Positions 50,890-63,469 of a stretch of DNA of 64,000 bases are shown here, piece after piece (position 1 is the first letter of the stretch; each line of letters begins with the position of its first letter). The position numbers were made by a program, and so were the translations under genes. Under the pieces are notes generated by a model. That model had not been told where the DNA came from. It made no database searches and saw only the letters and a program-made list of their open reading frames with translations. The DNA is from Leucoraja ocellata (Eukaryota): the NCBI GenBank assembly GCA_036785375.1, contig JAWMAR010000475.1, forward strand, positions 62,001-126,000, written 5' to 3'.

Positions 50890-52465
50890 GGAGGGACACG
50901 ACAGGATCAATGTTCCAGAGTACAGGGGCTACAGCCAAGATAGAGATTGGGGTAAAACAAGAGAGGTGATTGCTTTATTGATTAAGGAGAACATAACAGC
51001 AGTTGTCCAAGATGACTTTCCTGAAAAATCAACAGTGAATCTACATGAACAGTACTGAGAAATAAAAAGTGGATTATCGCCTGATACATAGATACATAGA
51101 TACATAGATACATAGAAAATAGGTGCAGGAGTAGGCTATTCGGCTCTTCGAGTCTGCACCGCCATTCAATATGATCATGGCTGATCATCCAACTCAGTAT
51201 CCCGTACCTGCCTTCTCTCCATACCCCCTGATCCCTTTAGCCACAAGGGCCACATCTAACTCCCTCTTAAATATAGCCAATGAACTGGCCTCAATTACCT
51301 TCTGTGGCAGAGAATGCCAGAGATTCACCACTCTCTGTGTGAAAACTGTTTTTCTCTGATTGTGATTGTTCCATTAACCCGCAAATAGTCAATGGGAATT
51401 GCAGAAACAAATATGTCATGAGGTTGCAGACAGCTGCAAGACTAAAAGCATTGTCATAGTTGTGGATTTCAACCGTACTAATATAGATTGAACTGCCATA
51501 CAGTTAAGGGCTTAGATGGGGTGGAATTTATCATGTGTGTTGAGGAAGGTTTCCTCAGGTAATTTAAAGAGAGCCCTACAAGGGAGAGGGCAATGCATGA
51601 CATGCTCAGGGAATAGGGCAAGGCAAGTGGCAAAGTTGGTGAACTTTTTGGAACCAGCGACCCCTCTTCTATTAGCTTTAAAATAATTATGGATAAGGAC
51701 AGAGTTGATCCAGAAGTTAAAGTTCTAATTTGGGAAAAGCCAGCTTTGAGCCTGCAAAGTTGTTTGCAGTACCGGTAGTTGGTCGCTGTAAAAGGGATGT
51801 CCGGAAAGTGGGATGCCTGTAAAAGGTCATAGAGCAAGTTCAAGGTATGCATGTTCCTGTTATAGTGAAGGCCGAGGCATGTGGTAATAAGAATCCTGGG
51901 ATGGTGAGAAGTATTGAGCCTCTGGTTAGGAAAAAGGAATTAGAAAGAAGGAAGCTTGATCTGATTAGGTAGCTGGGATCAAGTGTATCCCTAGAGGAGT
52001 ACAGGGGATTGAAGTGCATACTTAAGGGAATCAGGAGGGCAAAAGGGGCGCCCGAGTAAGCCCAGACAGATAATATTAAAAAGAATCCAAAGAGATTTTA
52101 TACTAAAGGAAAAAGGGTAATTGGAGAGAGAATAGTGCCACTCAGAAACCAAAGTGGTCATTAATGTATGGAGCCACAAGAGGTGGGCAAGGTCCTCAAT
52201 GGATATTTTTCTTCTTTTTACTGCAGAGAAAGACATGAAGACTAGGCGGTTTATGAAAGTTAGTGGCAATGTCTTGAGGACACTCAGTGTTACAGATGAG
52301 GAGGTGCTAAATGTGTCATACAATGTAGAAAGGTATATAAATCTACCAGGAATCTACAAGACTAAGAGGTATTGCTTTTTGGGAAGTCAAACAAGGGCAG
52401 GACATTCGCAGTGAATGATAAGGCCCTGGGGACTATTGTAGAGCAGAAGGAACTCAGAATACAAG
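50890..52465 (+). mobile_element. Old CR1 ORF2 fragment with a younger - strand CR1 3' end nested at about 51085-51355
   Basis: Degenerate endonuclease and RT-linker sequence (GGVALLIK-like, GDFN-like, NPKRFY). The nested piece has a (CATAGATA)n tail. Confidence 0.7.
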
Positions 52466-52539
52466 TGTCAACAAAGTTGGCCCCTGGGCTTGTCTCATTT
52501 GCCTGCATTTGGACAATATCCCAATATCCCTTCCTCTTG

Positions 52540-53165
52540 GATCGGTGGGGGCGCTGCAAGCCGGCAGACCTGTCAGTAGCGTGTTAGTTTTTTTCAACTT
52601 TTTTTTTTTAGTGTGTTTAAATGCATGTTTTTAATGTTTCTCTGTGTGTCTAGTGTGGGGGTGGTGTGGGGGGGTAAGGGGGAAACCGCTTTGGTCGCCT
52701 CCTCCATGGAGAGGCAACTTTTTCCATGTCTCCTCCCCCGGGGCCTAACATCGAGGATCGGGCAACTGGAGACGTGCCCGGGGCTTCAGCTGCGGGCGCA
52801 GCATGGACTCTCGGCGTGGAGCGGGCGAGCCGGAATGGAACGCTCCGTTTCGCTGGCCCGCGGTAGCCTGAAGCCGCGGCGCGGTCTGCAGTGCTCCAGC
52901 TGGCGCGGCATCCGCAGCCTGGGAATCCCTCATTGGAGACCCGGGAGAAGAAGAAGCTCCCGCGGCCCACTTCTACCACGGGCGTGGCGGCGACTTACCA
53001 TCAGGAGTGGGGTCCCTCGCCGAGGACCCCTGGAGGGGAGCTTCAACCGCCAGCCCTGCGGTCTGTGGTGCTTCTGGCTGTGGCCTGGCGGGAACTTTAA
53101 ATCTTCGACCGCCGGCCTGAGGCCTACACCAACATAAAGCCGCGGTCTCCGGTGGTGGAGACACC
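52540..53165. repeat. Unclassified CpG-rich interspersed repeat
   Basis: Sharp GC/CpG-rich block between unrelated TE fragments; no recognisable protein in any frame. Confidence 0.45.
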
Positions 53166-53175
53166 ATTTCAGCAC

Positions 53176-54240
53176 TTACCTTGACTCTTTGTAGTATTCG
53201 TCATGTAGCGATGAGGGGATCATGACATTGTGGCCCTTAACTATGACACCATCCTGTATTACTAGTTTGTCGCGGACTAAGAAGAACGGCTGCACCTCTG
53301 TTGGTACGCTGGATTGTCTGTCTCGCCAGCCTCTTTTGATTATGGATGAAAGTATCTGGAGGGTAGCGTCGGCAGCTGTGTGTTCGGCTAAGCGGCGCAG
53401 TTGTTTTGTAGGAACAAAGTCAATGCTGAGAACCGTAAACTTGTCTTGTTCATTAGGGGTGTCGTTCGTTGGATGCCCATGGTGCGCAAGAGAGAGTGTC
53501 CGCAACGAGCATGTCTTTACCCTTCTTGTAAACAAGTTTAAAGTCAAATCGTTGGAGCTGCAGCATCATACGCTGCAGACGTGCAGGTGCTGCGTGAACA
53601 GGTTTGTTGACGATCGTCACCAGGGGTTGGTGGTCTGTCTCGACCGTGAAAACATTGCCAAAGATGAAATCCTTGAATTTGGAACAAGCGAAGACAACAG
53701 CCAGCAGCTCCTTCTTGATTTGCGAGTAGCGCTGTTCGGTGTTGGTCATGGTACGGGAGGCATAGGAGACAGGGCGCAAAGTTCTATCGGCAGATGATTG
53801 TAGGCAGGCTGCGCCGAGTCCGAATCATGAGGCATCGCAGGTAACTGTCACTGGGTGCTTCATGTCAAAAAATGTCAGGTTGGTGCGCTGGTCAGCTTCA
53901 ATCTGGAGGGTGTCCCCTGCTGCCATCTCACTTCTGGGTTCACCACCTCCTTTTAATTTTTCTGGCGAAGGGGGAGAGGACTTGGTCCGTACGCATTCAG
54001 GCCGTATTAGTTGACCGCCTAACAGATATGGCGAGTATGTTTGAATTCTCATGACATGTGTGCTTACCATATTCACTCTTTACGGGGAAGGATGTAGATT
54101 GGTTTATGCATGAGAACCAATCATAGTAGAATAGCATCACTAACACCACCCTACTGTACGATTTATGCTAACACCCACTTCCTACATTAGTCAGTCTTGG
54201 AAGCGGTCACGATGTACTAACAACTAACGACCTGCTGTAC
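53176..54240 (-). mobile_element. Second Gypsy fragment (RNase H/linker), apparently internally deleted
   Basis: VTVTCDAS, PVSYASRTMT..YSQIKKELLAVVFAC and ETDHQPL..RLQRMMLQLQRFD. The upstream end is approximate. Confidence 0.8.
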
Positions 54241-55242
54241 CCTTATAATATGGACACTGATTAAAGATGATCTTGAACTTCAGATTGTATTCTTTGGCTA
54301 TTTACACTTACCATCTCAATCATCTGACTAAATCTCCACAATAGTTTGCACGTTAAATATACAAGAATAATTTGAAAATATCTAAATTAAATACCATTTT
54401 GTTCTTCTGTACTATTTCCCGCCTTTGGTGAAACTGTAAATGCAAGTGGTAACCCCTGACATGCAGGTTTCCCATTATAATGATGAGTAATTGCTGAAAC
54501 TTCAGACCATTTCTGGGGAGTGTGAAATATGGGAGATGTTCACAGTTACTCAAAGTCATCAAAGATTAGTAGTTTCACCACTAGCTTCCGACACATTTGG
54601 GCTATCATAACTAATGTGAAATTGCACAAATCCAGATCAGCAGCTAAAAGTGGTGAAACCCAGCTTATGGTATTGTGTACACTGGTAAAGGGCATTGATT
54701 AAGTGCTAGAATGATAGAAAAGGGGTACAGGGAAGTTACCAGCATCTGGTCTGACTAGTTATGTGATGTGTATTAATCTCCACACACTGGGCAATAAATA
54801 AAATTGAGAAGAGAAATCGTTTACTTGCAAAAATAAATCAGCTTTATAGCAGTTCATAGCCAGTTTGAAACCTCGCAGCATGATCATTCCATTAATAGGG
54901 CCTTGGATGCCATTAGCAGTCCTCCAAGCACAAGCTGTCTGGGCCATTCTCTTTTTTTATTTTAAATGGCATGACTCATTTCATTCTTCTGAAGGTGGTC
55001 ACTATACCTTAAACTCATAGAAATTTAGTTGATTTCCAATTGCGCTCTGAAATGGTTATTCTATACAAGGGTATTTAGGGATAGGCAATGGATGCTGACC
55101 TTGACAGTGCCGACTACAACCTTTATATGAATTAGAAATATTACTGCTCAGTACCGGAGGAATTCAGTTTGCTAATTGTATAGTGTATCATTCTGGACTT
55201 ATTAACAATTAGATTGCCCTATAAAAAGGATGATTTACTTTT

Positions 55243-55996
55243 ATCTTACATGGTAAATGGTAGGGAATTGAAGAACAGAGGGATCTGGGAATAACTGTGC
55301 ACAGTTCCCTGAAAGTGGAATCTCATGTAGATGGGGTGGTAAAGAAAGCTTTTGGTGTGCTGGCCTTTATAAATCAGAGCATTGAGTATAGAAGTTGGGA
55401 TGTAATGTTAAAATTGAACAAGGCATTGGTGAGGCCAATTCTGGAGTATGGGGTACAATTTTCGTCACCTAATTATAGGAAGGATGTCAACAAAATAGAG
55501 AGAGTACAGAGGAGATTTACTAGAATGTTGCCTGGGTTTCAGCAACTAAGTTACAGAGAAAGGTTGAACAAGTTAGGGCTTTATTCTTTGGAGCGCAGAA
55601 GGTTAAGGGGGGACTTGATAGAGGTCTTTAAAATGATGAGAGGGATAGACAGAGTTGACGTGGATAAGCTTTTCCCACTGAGAGGAGGGAAGATGCAAAC
55701 AAGGGGACATGACTTGAGAATTAAGGGACAGAAGTTTAGGGGTATCATGAGGGGGAACTTCTTTACTCAGAGAGTGGTGGCTGTGTGGAATGAGCTTCCA
55801 GTGAAGGTGGTGGAGGCAGGTTCGTTTTTATCATTTAAAAATAAATTGGATAGTTATATGGATGAGAAAGGAATGGAGGGTTATGGTCTGAGCGCAGGTA
55901 TATGGGACTAGGGGAGAATACGTGTTCAGCACGGACTAGAAGGGTCGAGATGGCCTGTTTCCGTGCTGTAAATTGTTATATGTTATATGTTGTTAT
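55243..55996 (+). mobile_element. CR1 LINE 3' fragment, ending about 170 bp upstream of an LRRD1 exon
   Basis: 204-aa intact RT C-terminal ORF 55297-55911; TTATATG tail. Confidence 0.93.
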
Positions 55997-56162
55997 ATGG
56001 TAAATCTTAGAGAAATAGAAATCCACGTGGGGGGAATGATTCTGGTGAGTGTGAAATGCAGGAACATTTCGGTACAGGTATAATGGGATTCCTTTGGAGA
56101 ATAATGCAGCTGAGAATACAGAATTTTCCCTAATTTTCCAGTGTATCTTTTTCCTTTTACAG

Positions 56163-56361
56163 ATAAAAGTGTTACCCAATGAATTATGTAATTTGACAAA
56201 TATAAAAGAACTGGACATATCAAACAATGCGCTGAAAACCCTTCCAACCAAGATTGGAGAAATGAAGAATATGGAAAAGCTTATAGCAGCATATAATAAG
56301 ATAAATCATCTCCCCAAATCCCTGACAGAACTTAGCAAACTCAAATGCATTAACATGAGAG
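56163..56361 (+). CDS. LRRD1: LRRD1 internal coding exon (LRRs; phase 0 to 1)
   Basis: TTCCTTTTACAG| acceptor and G|GTGAGA donor. Encodes IKVLPNELCNLTNIKELDISNNALKTLP...KCINMR in frame with the previous exon. Confidence 0.9.
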
Positions 56362-57699
56362 GTGAGACTGCTGTATAAATACAATGGGGTTTTTTTTAAA
56401 GAGCATTGTTTTAAGATAATGTTTTTCCTTCAGAGGATGCAGTTGTTAGTGTGGTATATGCAAACAATTGATTCCTTTGTTAAGGAACTGGAGCTGCTGC
56501 TGGATCACCTCAGGATTATATGAGGATGTGAGAGTGTCAGTGAAGTGGTCATGACTAAGGTGCAGGCAGGAAATATAGGTGCAACCTCCAGGAGAGGAAG
56601 GAGGCATCGCTCTGCTTGACTCCAGTTTAAATGGTAAAGTGTTTCATAGCACAGCAACTGAATGGGATGGAGGCAGTCATTTGAAGATGTGTTGACTTTA
56701 GATCAGATGAATTTCTCATAGTCATGTAGATCATAGAGTCAAAGATTATGTCCAAACCAGTCAGGATGGAAAATCATGTTCATAGTATCTCTGGGTGATC
56801 TGCACCCACATTGGACATGGAAAGGTTCCTAGCCAACAAGGCACATTTCCATCAGTAGGATTTTAACACAATTTTGAGAAAATCAGGATAACATATCCAG
56901 AGTAATAATTCAGCAAGTGACCCTCTAGCTGCTATAAAGCTGTTGCCTTTACTTGTTCTTTTCGCTCTTGGTTATATTCTTTGTTTGTTGCTCATATGCT
57001 TAATGGAGAATGAAAATTTGATGTCTAAAAATTCTGCAATGAAATATGAAACTGGCTAAGTTTTATTAATGATATTGCAAGTTTGTATTTGCATGCCAGT
57101 CATATGTTCAAGCGTGGTCATGGTAGAGTATGTTTCGTAATATTTCTGCTTTGTTTGTTTATAGAGATATGATTGAGTAGTTTTGCCAAGATGACAACAG
57201 TTAAATTTGGTGTCCCAAGATTGAATCCATGAATTGCTGCATAACTACAAATAATGATTGCATCCAGGGTTGTTGAAAGCTATTAGGAGAAATGCCGAAT
57301 CCATACAATTGTAAATGCCTCGTTGATAAATTAGGAGCTTTTGAAAAGCATTAAACCACGATGAAGATGTCAATTAATTTGTGTCAACTACATAGGTGCA
57401 ATGACAGTGGATATGAATCATCCCCTTAAGACGGTGCTACAATTCTCTTCAATCATGATATTCTTCTTAAGCTTTCCTCCAATTAGTAAACAATTTATGG
57501 GAATCCAAATATGATGCCTATTGGTAAGGTTGGAAAAAATATCACATGATAAGCTGCATGCAAAGAGTTCCTGTTGCAACAATAAACATTTTCGTTAAAA
57601 TTGTTCATATAAGCTTTCCCAGATATAACATGTCTGCTCATTTTGGACATGGCCTTATGTGACTAAGTTATAAGAAAGAAGCAACTTCATAGTATAGTA

Positions 57700-58385
57700 A
57701 TTGAGTCATAGAGCTGTACAGCACGGAAACAAGCTCTTCTACCAACCTCTTCCATGTCAACAAAGTTGGCCTTCTGGGCTTGTCTCATTTGCCTGCATTT
57801 GGACAATATCCCAATATCCCTTCCTCTTCATATTTATTTTGAAAGTTGTAATTGTATCCGCTTCTATAGCTTCTTCTAGAGACTCGTTCCTCTAACCTGG
57901 AATAAAATACTGTGACCGTACACTGTATCCATGATCATGTACATCTCAATAAGATCATTCCTCATCCTCCTATGTTCCAAAGAAAAAAGTCTCAGCCTAG
58001 CCAGCCTCTTCCTATAATTCAAGCATGCAAGTCCGGGTAATATCCCTGGTGAATGAATCACTTCTGTACCCATTCCAACATCCTTCCCATAAATGAGCAA
58101 CCAGAACGGCATATACATAGAAACATAGAAACATAGAAAATAGGTGCAGTAGTAGGCCATTTGGCCCTTCGAGCCTGCACCGCCATTCAATATGATCATG
58201 GCTGATCATCCAACTCAGTATCCTGTACCTATAGTTCTCCATGTGTGGTCTCACCAACGACTTGTACTCCTGTATCGTAATATCCCAAACCTTGTAATCA
58301 ATACCTTCTTAATGAAGGCAAGTGTGTCAAATTCAATTTGCCATTCCTTCGCCCACTTTCCCAACATCTAAACCCTGTCATAAAT
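57700..58385 (-). mobile_element. Old CR1 3' fragment with a short younger CR1 end nested at about 58115-58230
   Basis: RLRLFSLEHRRMRNDLIE; nested (CATAGAAA)n tail plus CR1 UTR. Confidence 0.7.
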
Positions 58386-58691
58386 TTAGCCATCCTCCTG
58401 CAGCCATGTCTCTGTAATCCCCACAATGTCATATCTACCAATCCCTGACTGAGCCTCAAGCTCATCCACTTTACTTCTTATACTTCGCGTAATCATATAT
58501 AATAATTTTAATCCATTACTCACCTGACCTTACACATTGATTCCTATTTCACTTGGCCATTCTCTCCTATCCTTTCGTGAGCTTTCTGTCCCATTAATTC
58601 TGGTGTCTTTCTCCCCCCCCCATCCCCATCACCCATGTACCATGTAACCGTGGCAAACCTGCCTGCCAGAATGCTGGTCCTCTGCTTCTAA

Positions 58692-61600
58692 CCATATAAC
58701 AACCATATAACATTTACAGCACGGAAACAGGCCATCTCGGCCCTACAAGTCCGTGCTGAACAACTTTTTTCCCCTTAGTTTATTTTTAAATGATACCAAC
58801 GAACCTGCCGACACCACTTCCACTGGAAGCTCATTCCACACCGCTACCACTCTCTGAGTAAAGAAGTTCCCCCTCATGTTACCCCTAAACTTCTGTCCCT
58901 TAATTCTGAAGTCATGTCCTCTTGTTTGAATCTTCCCTATTCTCAAAGGGAAAAGCTTGTCCACATCAACTCTGTCTATCCCTCTCATCATTTTAAAAAC
59001 CTCTATCAAGTCCCCCCTTAACCTTCTGCGCTCCAGAGAATAAAGACCTAACTTATTCAACCTTTCTCTGTAACTTACTTGTTGAAACCCAGGCAACATT
59101 CTAGTAAATCTCCTCTGTACTCTCTCTATTTTGTTGACATCCTTCCTATAATTGGGCGACCAAAATTGTACACCATACTCCAGATTTGGTCTCACCAATG
59201 CCTTGTACCATTTTAACATTACATCCCAGCTTCTATACTCAATGCTCTGATTTATAAAGGCTAGCATAACAAAAGCTATCTTTACCACCCTATCTATATG
59301 AGATTCCACCTTCAAGGAACTATGCACGATTATACCCAGATCCCTCTGTCAACTGTATTCTTCAATTCCCTACCATTTACCATGTACGTCCTATTTTGAT
59401 TTGACCTGCCAAGGTGTAGCACCTCACATTTATCAGCATTAAACTCCATCTGCCATCTTTCAGCCCATTCTTCCAAATGACCTAAATCACTCTGTAGACT
59501 TTGGAAATCCTCTTCATTATCCACAACACCCCCTATCTTGGTATCATCTGCATACTTACTAATCCAATTTACCACACCTTCATCCAGATCATTGATGTAC
59601 ATGACAAACAACAAAGGACCCAACACAGATCCCTGAGGCACCCCACTAGTCACCTGCCTCCAACCCGATAAACAGCCATCCACCATTACCCTCTGGCTTC
59701 TCCCATTCAGCCACTGTTGAATCCGTCTTGCTATTCCTGCATTTATACCCAACAGTTGAACCTTCTTAACCAACCTTCCATGAGGAACCTTGTCAAAGGC
59801 CTTACTAAAGTCCATATAGACAACATCCACTGCTTTACCCTTGTCAATTTCCCTAGTAACCTCTTCAAAAAATTCAAGAAGATTAGTCAAACATGACCTT
59901 CCAGGCACAAATCCATGTTGACTGTTCCTAATCAGACCCTGTTTATCCAGATGCTTATATATATTATCTCTAAGTATCCTTTCCGTTAATTTGCCCACCA
60001 CTGACGTCAAACTAACAGGTCTATAATTGCTAGGTTTACTCTTAGACCCCTATTTAAACAATGGAACAACATGCGCAGTACGCCAATCCTCCGGCACTAT
60101 TCCCGTTTCTAATGACATTTGAAATGTTTCTGTCATAGCCCCTGCTATTTCTACACTAACTTCCCTCAATGTCCTAGGGAATATCCTGTCCGGACCTGGA
60201 GACTTATCCACTTTTATATTTCTCAAAAGTGTCAGTACTTCCTCTTCTTTGATCCTCATAGTTTCCATAGCTACTCTACTTGTTCCCCTTACCTCACATA
60301 ATTCAATATCCTTCTCCTTGGTGAATACCGAAGAAAATAAATTGTTCAATATCTCCCCCATCTCTTTTGGCTCTGCAGATAACTGTCCACTCTGACTCTC
60401 TAATGGACCAACTTTATCCCTCGTTATCCTTTTGCTATTAATATAGCTGTAGAAACCCTTTCACCTTACTTGTCAAAGCAACCTCATATCTTCTTTTAGC
60501 TTTTCTAATTTCTTTCTTGAGATTCTTTTTACATTCTTTCTACTCCTCAAGCACCTCCTTTACTCCATGCTGCCTATAATTATTGTAGATCTCTCTCTTT
60601 TTCCGAACCAAGTGTCCAATTTCCCTTGAAAACCATGGCTCTTTCCAATTTTTACTATTTCCTTTCAACCGAACAGAGACATAAAGATTCTGTACTCTTA
60701 AAATTTCACCTTTAAATGTCTTCCATTTCTCTTCCACATCTTTCCCATAAACCAAAATGTCCCAATTTACTTCTTTTAAATCTTCGCATCTCATCAAAGT
60801 TAGCCTTTCTCCAATCAAAAATCTCAACCCTAGGTCCAGTTCTGACCCTCTCCATAATTATACTGAAACTGATGGTATTGTGATCACTGGTCCCGAACTG
60901 TTCCCCAACGCATACCTCTGCCACCTGACCCGTCTCATTTCCTAACAGGAGGTCCAGCACTGCCCCTTCTCTAGTAGGTACTTCTATGTATTGCTGCAAA
61001 AAACTATCCTGCACTCATTTTACAAACTCCAACCCATCCAGCCCATTTACAGAATGTGTTTCCCAGTCTATGTGTGGAAAATTGAAATCTCCCACAATCA
61101 CTACCTTGTGCTTACTACTAATATCTGCAATCTCCTTACATATTTGCTCTTCCAAGTCTCGCTTGGCGGTCTATAATACATCCTTATAAGTGTTGCTACC
61201 CCTTTCCCATTTCTCAGTTCCACCCAAATAGCCTCCCTAGAAGAGCCCTCTAATCTATCCTGCCTAAGCACTGCTGTAATATCTTCCCTGATAAGCAATG
61301 CAACACCTCCGCCACTTGCCCCTCCAATTCTATCACACCTGAAGCAACGAAATCCTGTAATATTTAGGTTCCAATCACAGCCCTCCTGCAACCATGTTTC
61401 ACTGATTGCCACAACATCATACTTCCAGGTGTCAATCCAGGCTCTAAGTTCACCCACCTTTCTTACAATGCTCCTAGCATTAAAATATACACATTTAAGA
61501 AACGCACCATCTCTTATTCTCTGTTTATTTTCTTTTTCTTCTCTCTCCCCTACATTTTGGGTCAGAGTGCTACCATTCTCTGCCTCCTGCCTTACACACT

Positions 61601-61985
61601 GACTGCTAGCTTTCCCAATTTGAGTCCCTCCCCCCAACCATACTAGTTTAAAGTCTCCCCAGTAGCCTTTGCAAATCTCCCTGCCAGGATATTGGTCCCC
61701 CTCGAGTTCAAGTGCAACCCATCCTTTCTGTACAGGTCGCACCTTCCCCAAAAGAGGTCCCAATGATTCAGAGACTTGAATCCATACCCACTGCACCAGT
61801 CCCTCATCCACGCATTTATTCTCCACCTCGCTCCATTCCTACTCTCACTGTCGCGTGGCACAGGCAGTAATCCTGAGATTGTTAGTTTGCAGTCCTTCTC
61901 CTTAACTCTCTACCTAACTCCCTAAATTCTTCTTTCAGGACCTCTTCTCTTTTTTTTACCTATGTCGTTGGTACCTATATGTACC
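58692..61985 (-). mobile_element. Near-full-length CR1 LINE: ORF1 SGNH-esterase remnant, endonuclease and RT
   Basis: ORF1 DLYRKDGLHLN (61643-61861); APE endonuclease CVYFNARSI, DVVAISETW and GGGVALL; RT DFSKAFDKV, PQG and YADD; frameshifted. Confidence 0.95.
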
Positions 61986-62173
61986 ACAACATATGCATTA
62001 AGAAATGGCTCCTTACTGCATCCTGTTAATTGCTGGTTCAATGTAAACTTATTCTCAATTTCCCAATTTCATAATCATCTCAATAATAAAATCTGTTATT
62101 GTTTTGACTGTGATTCATTAAAATAGACAAACACAATTCCAACCTTTGAAAAAACTTATTTTGTTCTATATAG

Positions 62174-62335
62174 GAAATAAATTAACCTCACTACCAACTG
62201 ATTTTGGACAGCTGCATGCTCTGGAAGAGATAGATCTGAAGGAAAACCCACTAGTAAGACCTCCAATGCTGGTTTGTGATGGGGGAAAATACATTGAAAT
62301 AGAGCAGTACTTGAAATATGCATATGCCAGAGACA
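62174..62335 (+). CDS. LRRD1: LRRD1 internal coding exon (last LRR plus C-cap; phase 1 to 1)
   Basis: TATATAG| acceptor and A|GTAAGT donor. Encodes GNKLTSLPTDFGQLHALEEIDLKENPLVRPPMLVCDGG...YARD. Confidence 0.9.
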
Positions 62336-63099
62336 GTAAGTATATAATGCTCAATAATATATCAGGCAACATTCTGTTTATCTGTTTATTATTAACAGTG
62401 CAAAATCTAATTATGTGACAATGGCTTACAGGTTCTTTAATTCAATCAACGTCATTTTAATTCTAAATGCCACTGTCCTGCCTGAGACTTCTTGCATGAG
62501 GCTTAACGAACAACATTATCTCACCTACTATCTGGGCACTTGAATTCCTCAACTTTAGGTGACTCACTCACTCTGACTGCATCAGGACTGGTCATTTATA
62601 TGTGACATTGATTTAATTTTTCTCTCTCCATTATCGAACCTAATGTTCTGGGCATGTCCCACTCCTAATAGCAATACAAAACACAGATCAACAAGGATAC
62701 GTCACCACTAATCCATTCGATCTAGTATCAAACTATCACATATGTTCCCTTTGCCCTATCCATACCCGTCACCACTTTCTTTGCTACTTTTTTTAATCTC
62801 TTTCGAAACAATAAACTGCAGATGTTGGCCTAAAAAAAAGTGCTAGAATAACTAGCTGATGTGATGTTTCGGGACGTTTCAGGTCAGGAGAAGAAAATCC
62901 TGAAGAAGGGTGTCCGAGCTTTACCTATTCACGATCGCCTGACCCCACTCCAACACTTTGTGTCTTTTTTTGCATAAACCCTTCCCCAGATCTGACAAAG
63001 TGTAAACCCAAAATGTGAAACTTTTTTCTACAAATGCAGCCTGACCTGCTGAGTGTTTCTAGTATTGTCTGTATTTATTTTATTATTCCTTTATTTCAG

Positions 63100-63220
63100 A
63101 AAAGTTTATGGACAATGTGTTACTATTAGTACCCAAAAGCATCCCTGCTGATGACTTTGACCATTTCTGTAAAAAGCTTCACCTACCTACTGCTGAAATT
63201 AATTCACTTGGAAAATTAAG
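63100..63220 (+). CDS. LRRD1: LRRD1 coding exon, start of death domain (phase 1 to 2); not in the supplied ORF track
   Basis: TTATTTCAG| acceptor and AG|GTTTGT donor. Hand translation KKFMDNVLLLVPKSIPADDFDHFCKKLHLPTAEINSLGKL resembles the human LRRD1 death-domain start as recalled. The gene continues past the window end. Confidence 0.8.
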
Positions 63221-63469
63221 GTTTGTTCTTTTGACTTTATTTAAATGTAGCATTGATCCTGTTTGCATGGGAACATTCTGATGAGACCCTGCTTTGAGCG
63301 TAAGATGTATGAAATCCTTTGTTTAGTGATTTGATTTTAATTGATTAAAATGACAGACACAAAGTACAACAAATACTTTCCCTCGTAATTTTCTTGATAT
63401 TTCCCTTTTTCTGAAAAGGTAGTAAAGAGTCAACCATATTGATGGGTCTGGAGTCATGAACAGGCCATA

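Noticed and set aside
52613-53175. 174-aa and overlapping ORFs
   Set aside because: These are a by-product of high GC, with no recognisable domain or splice context.
61643-61861. SGNH esterase-like peptide as a possible host gene
   Set aside because: It lies directly upstream of the CR1 endonuclease; esterase domains in CR1 ORF1 are established.
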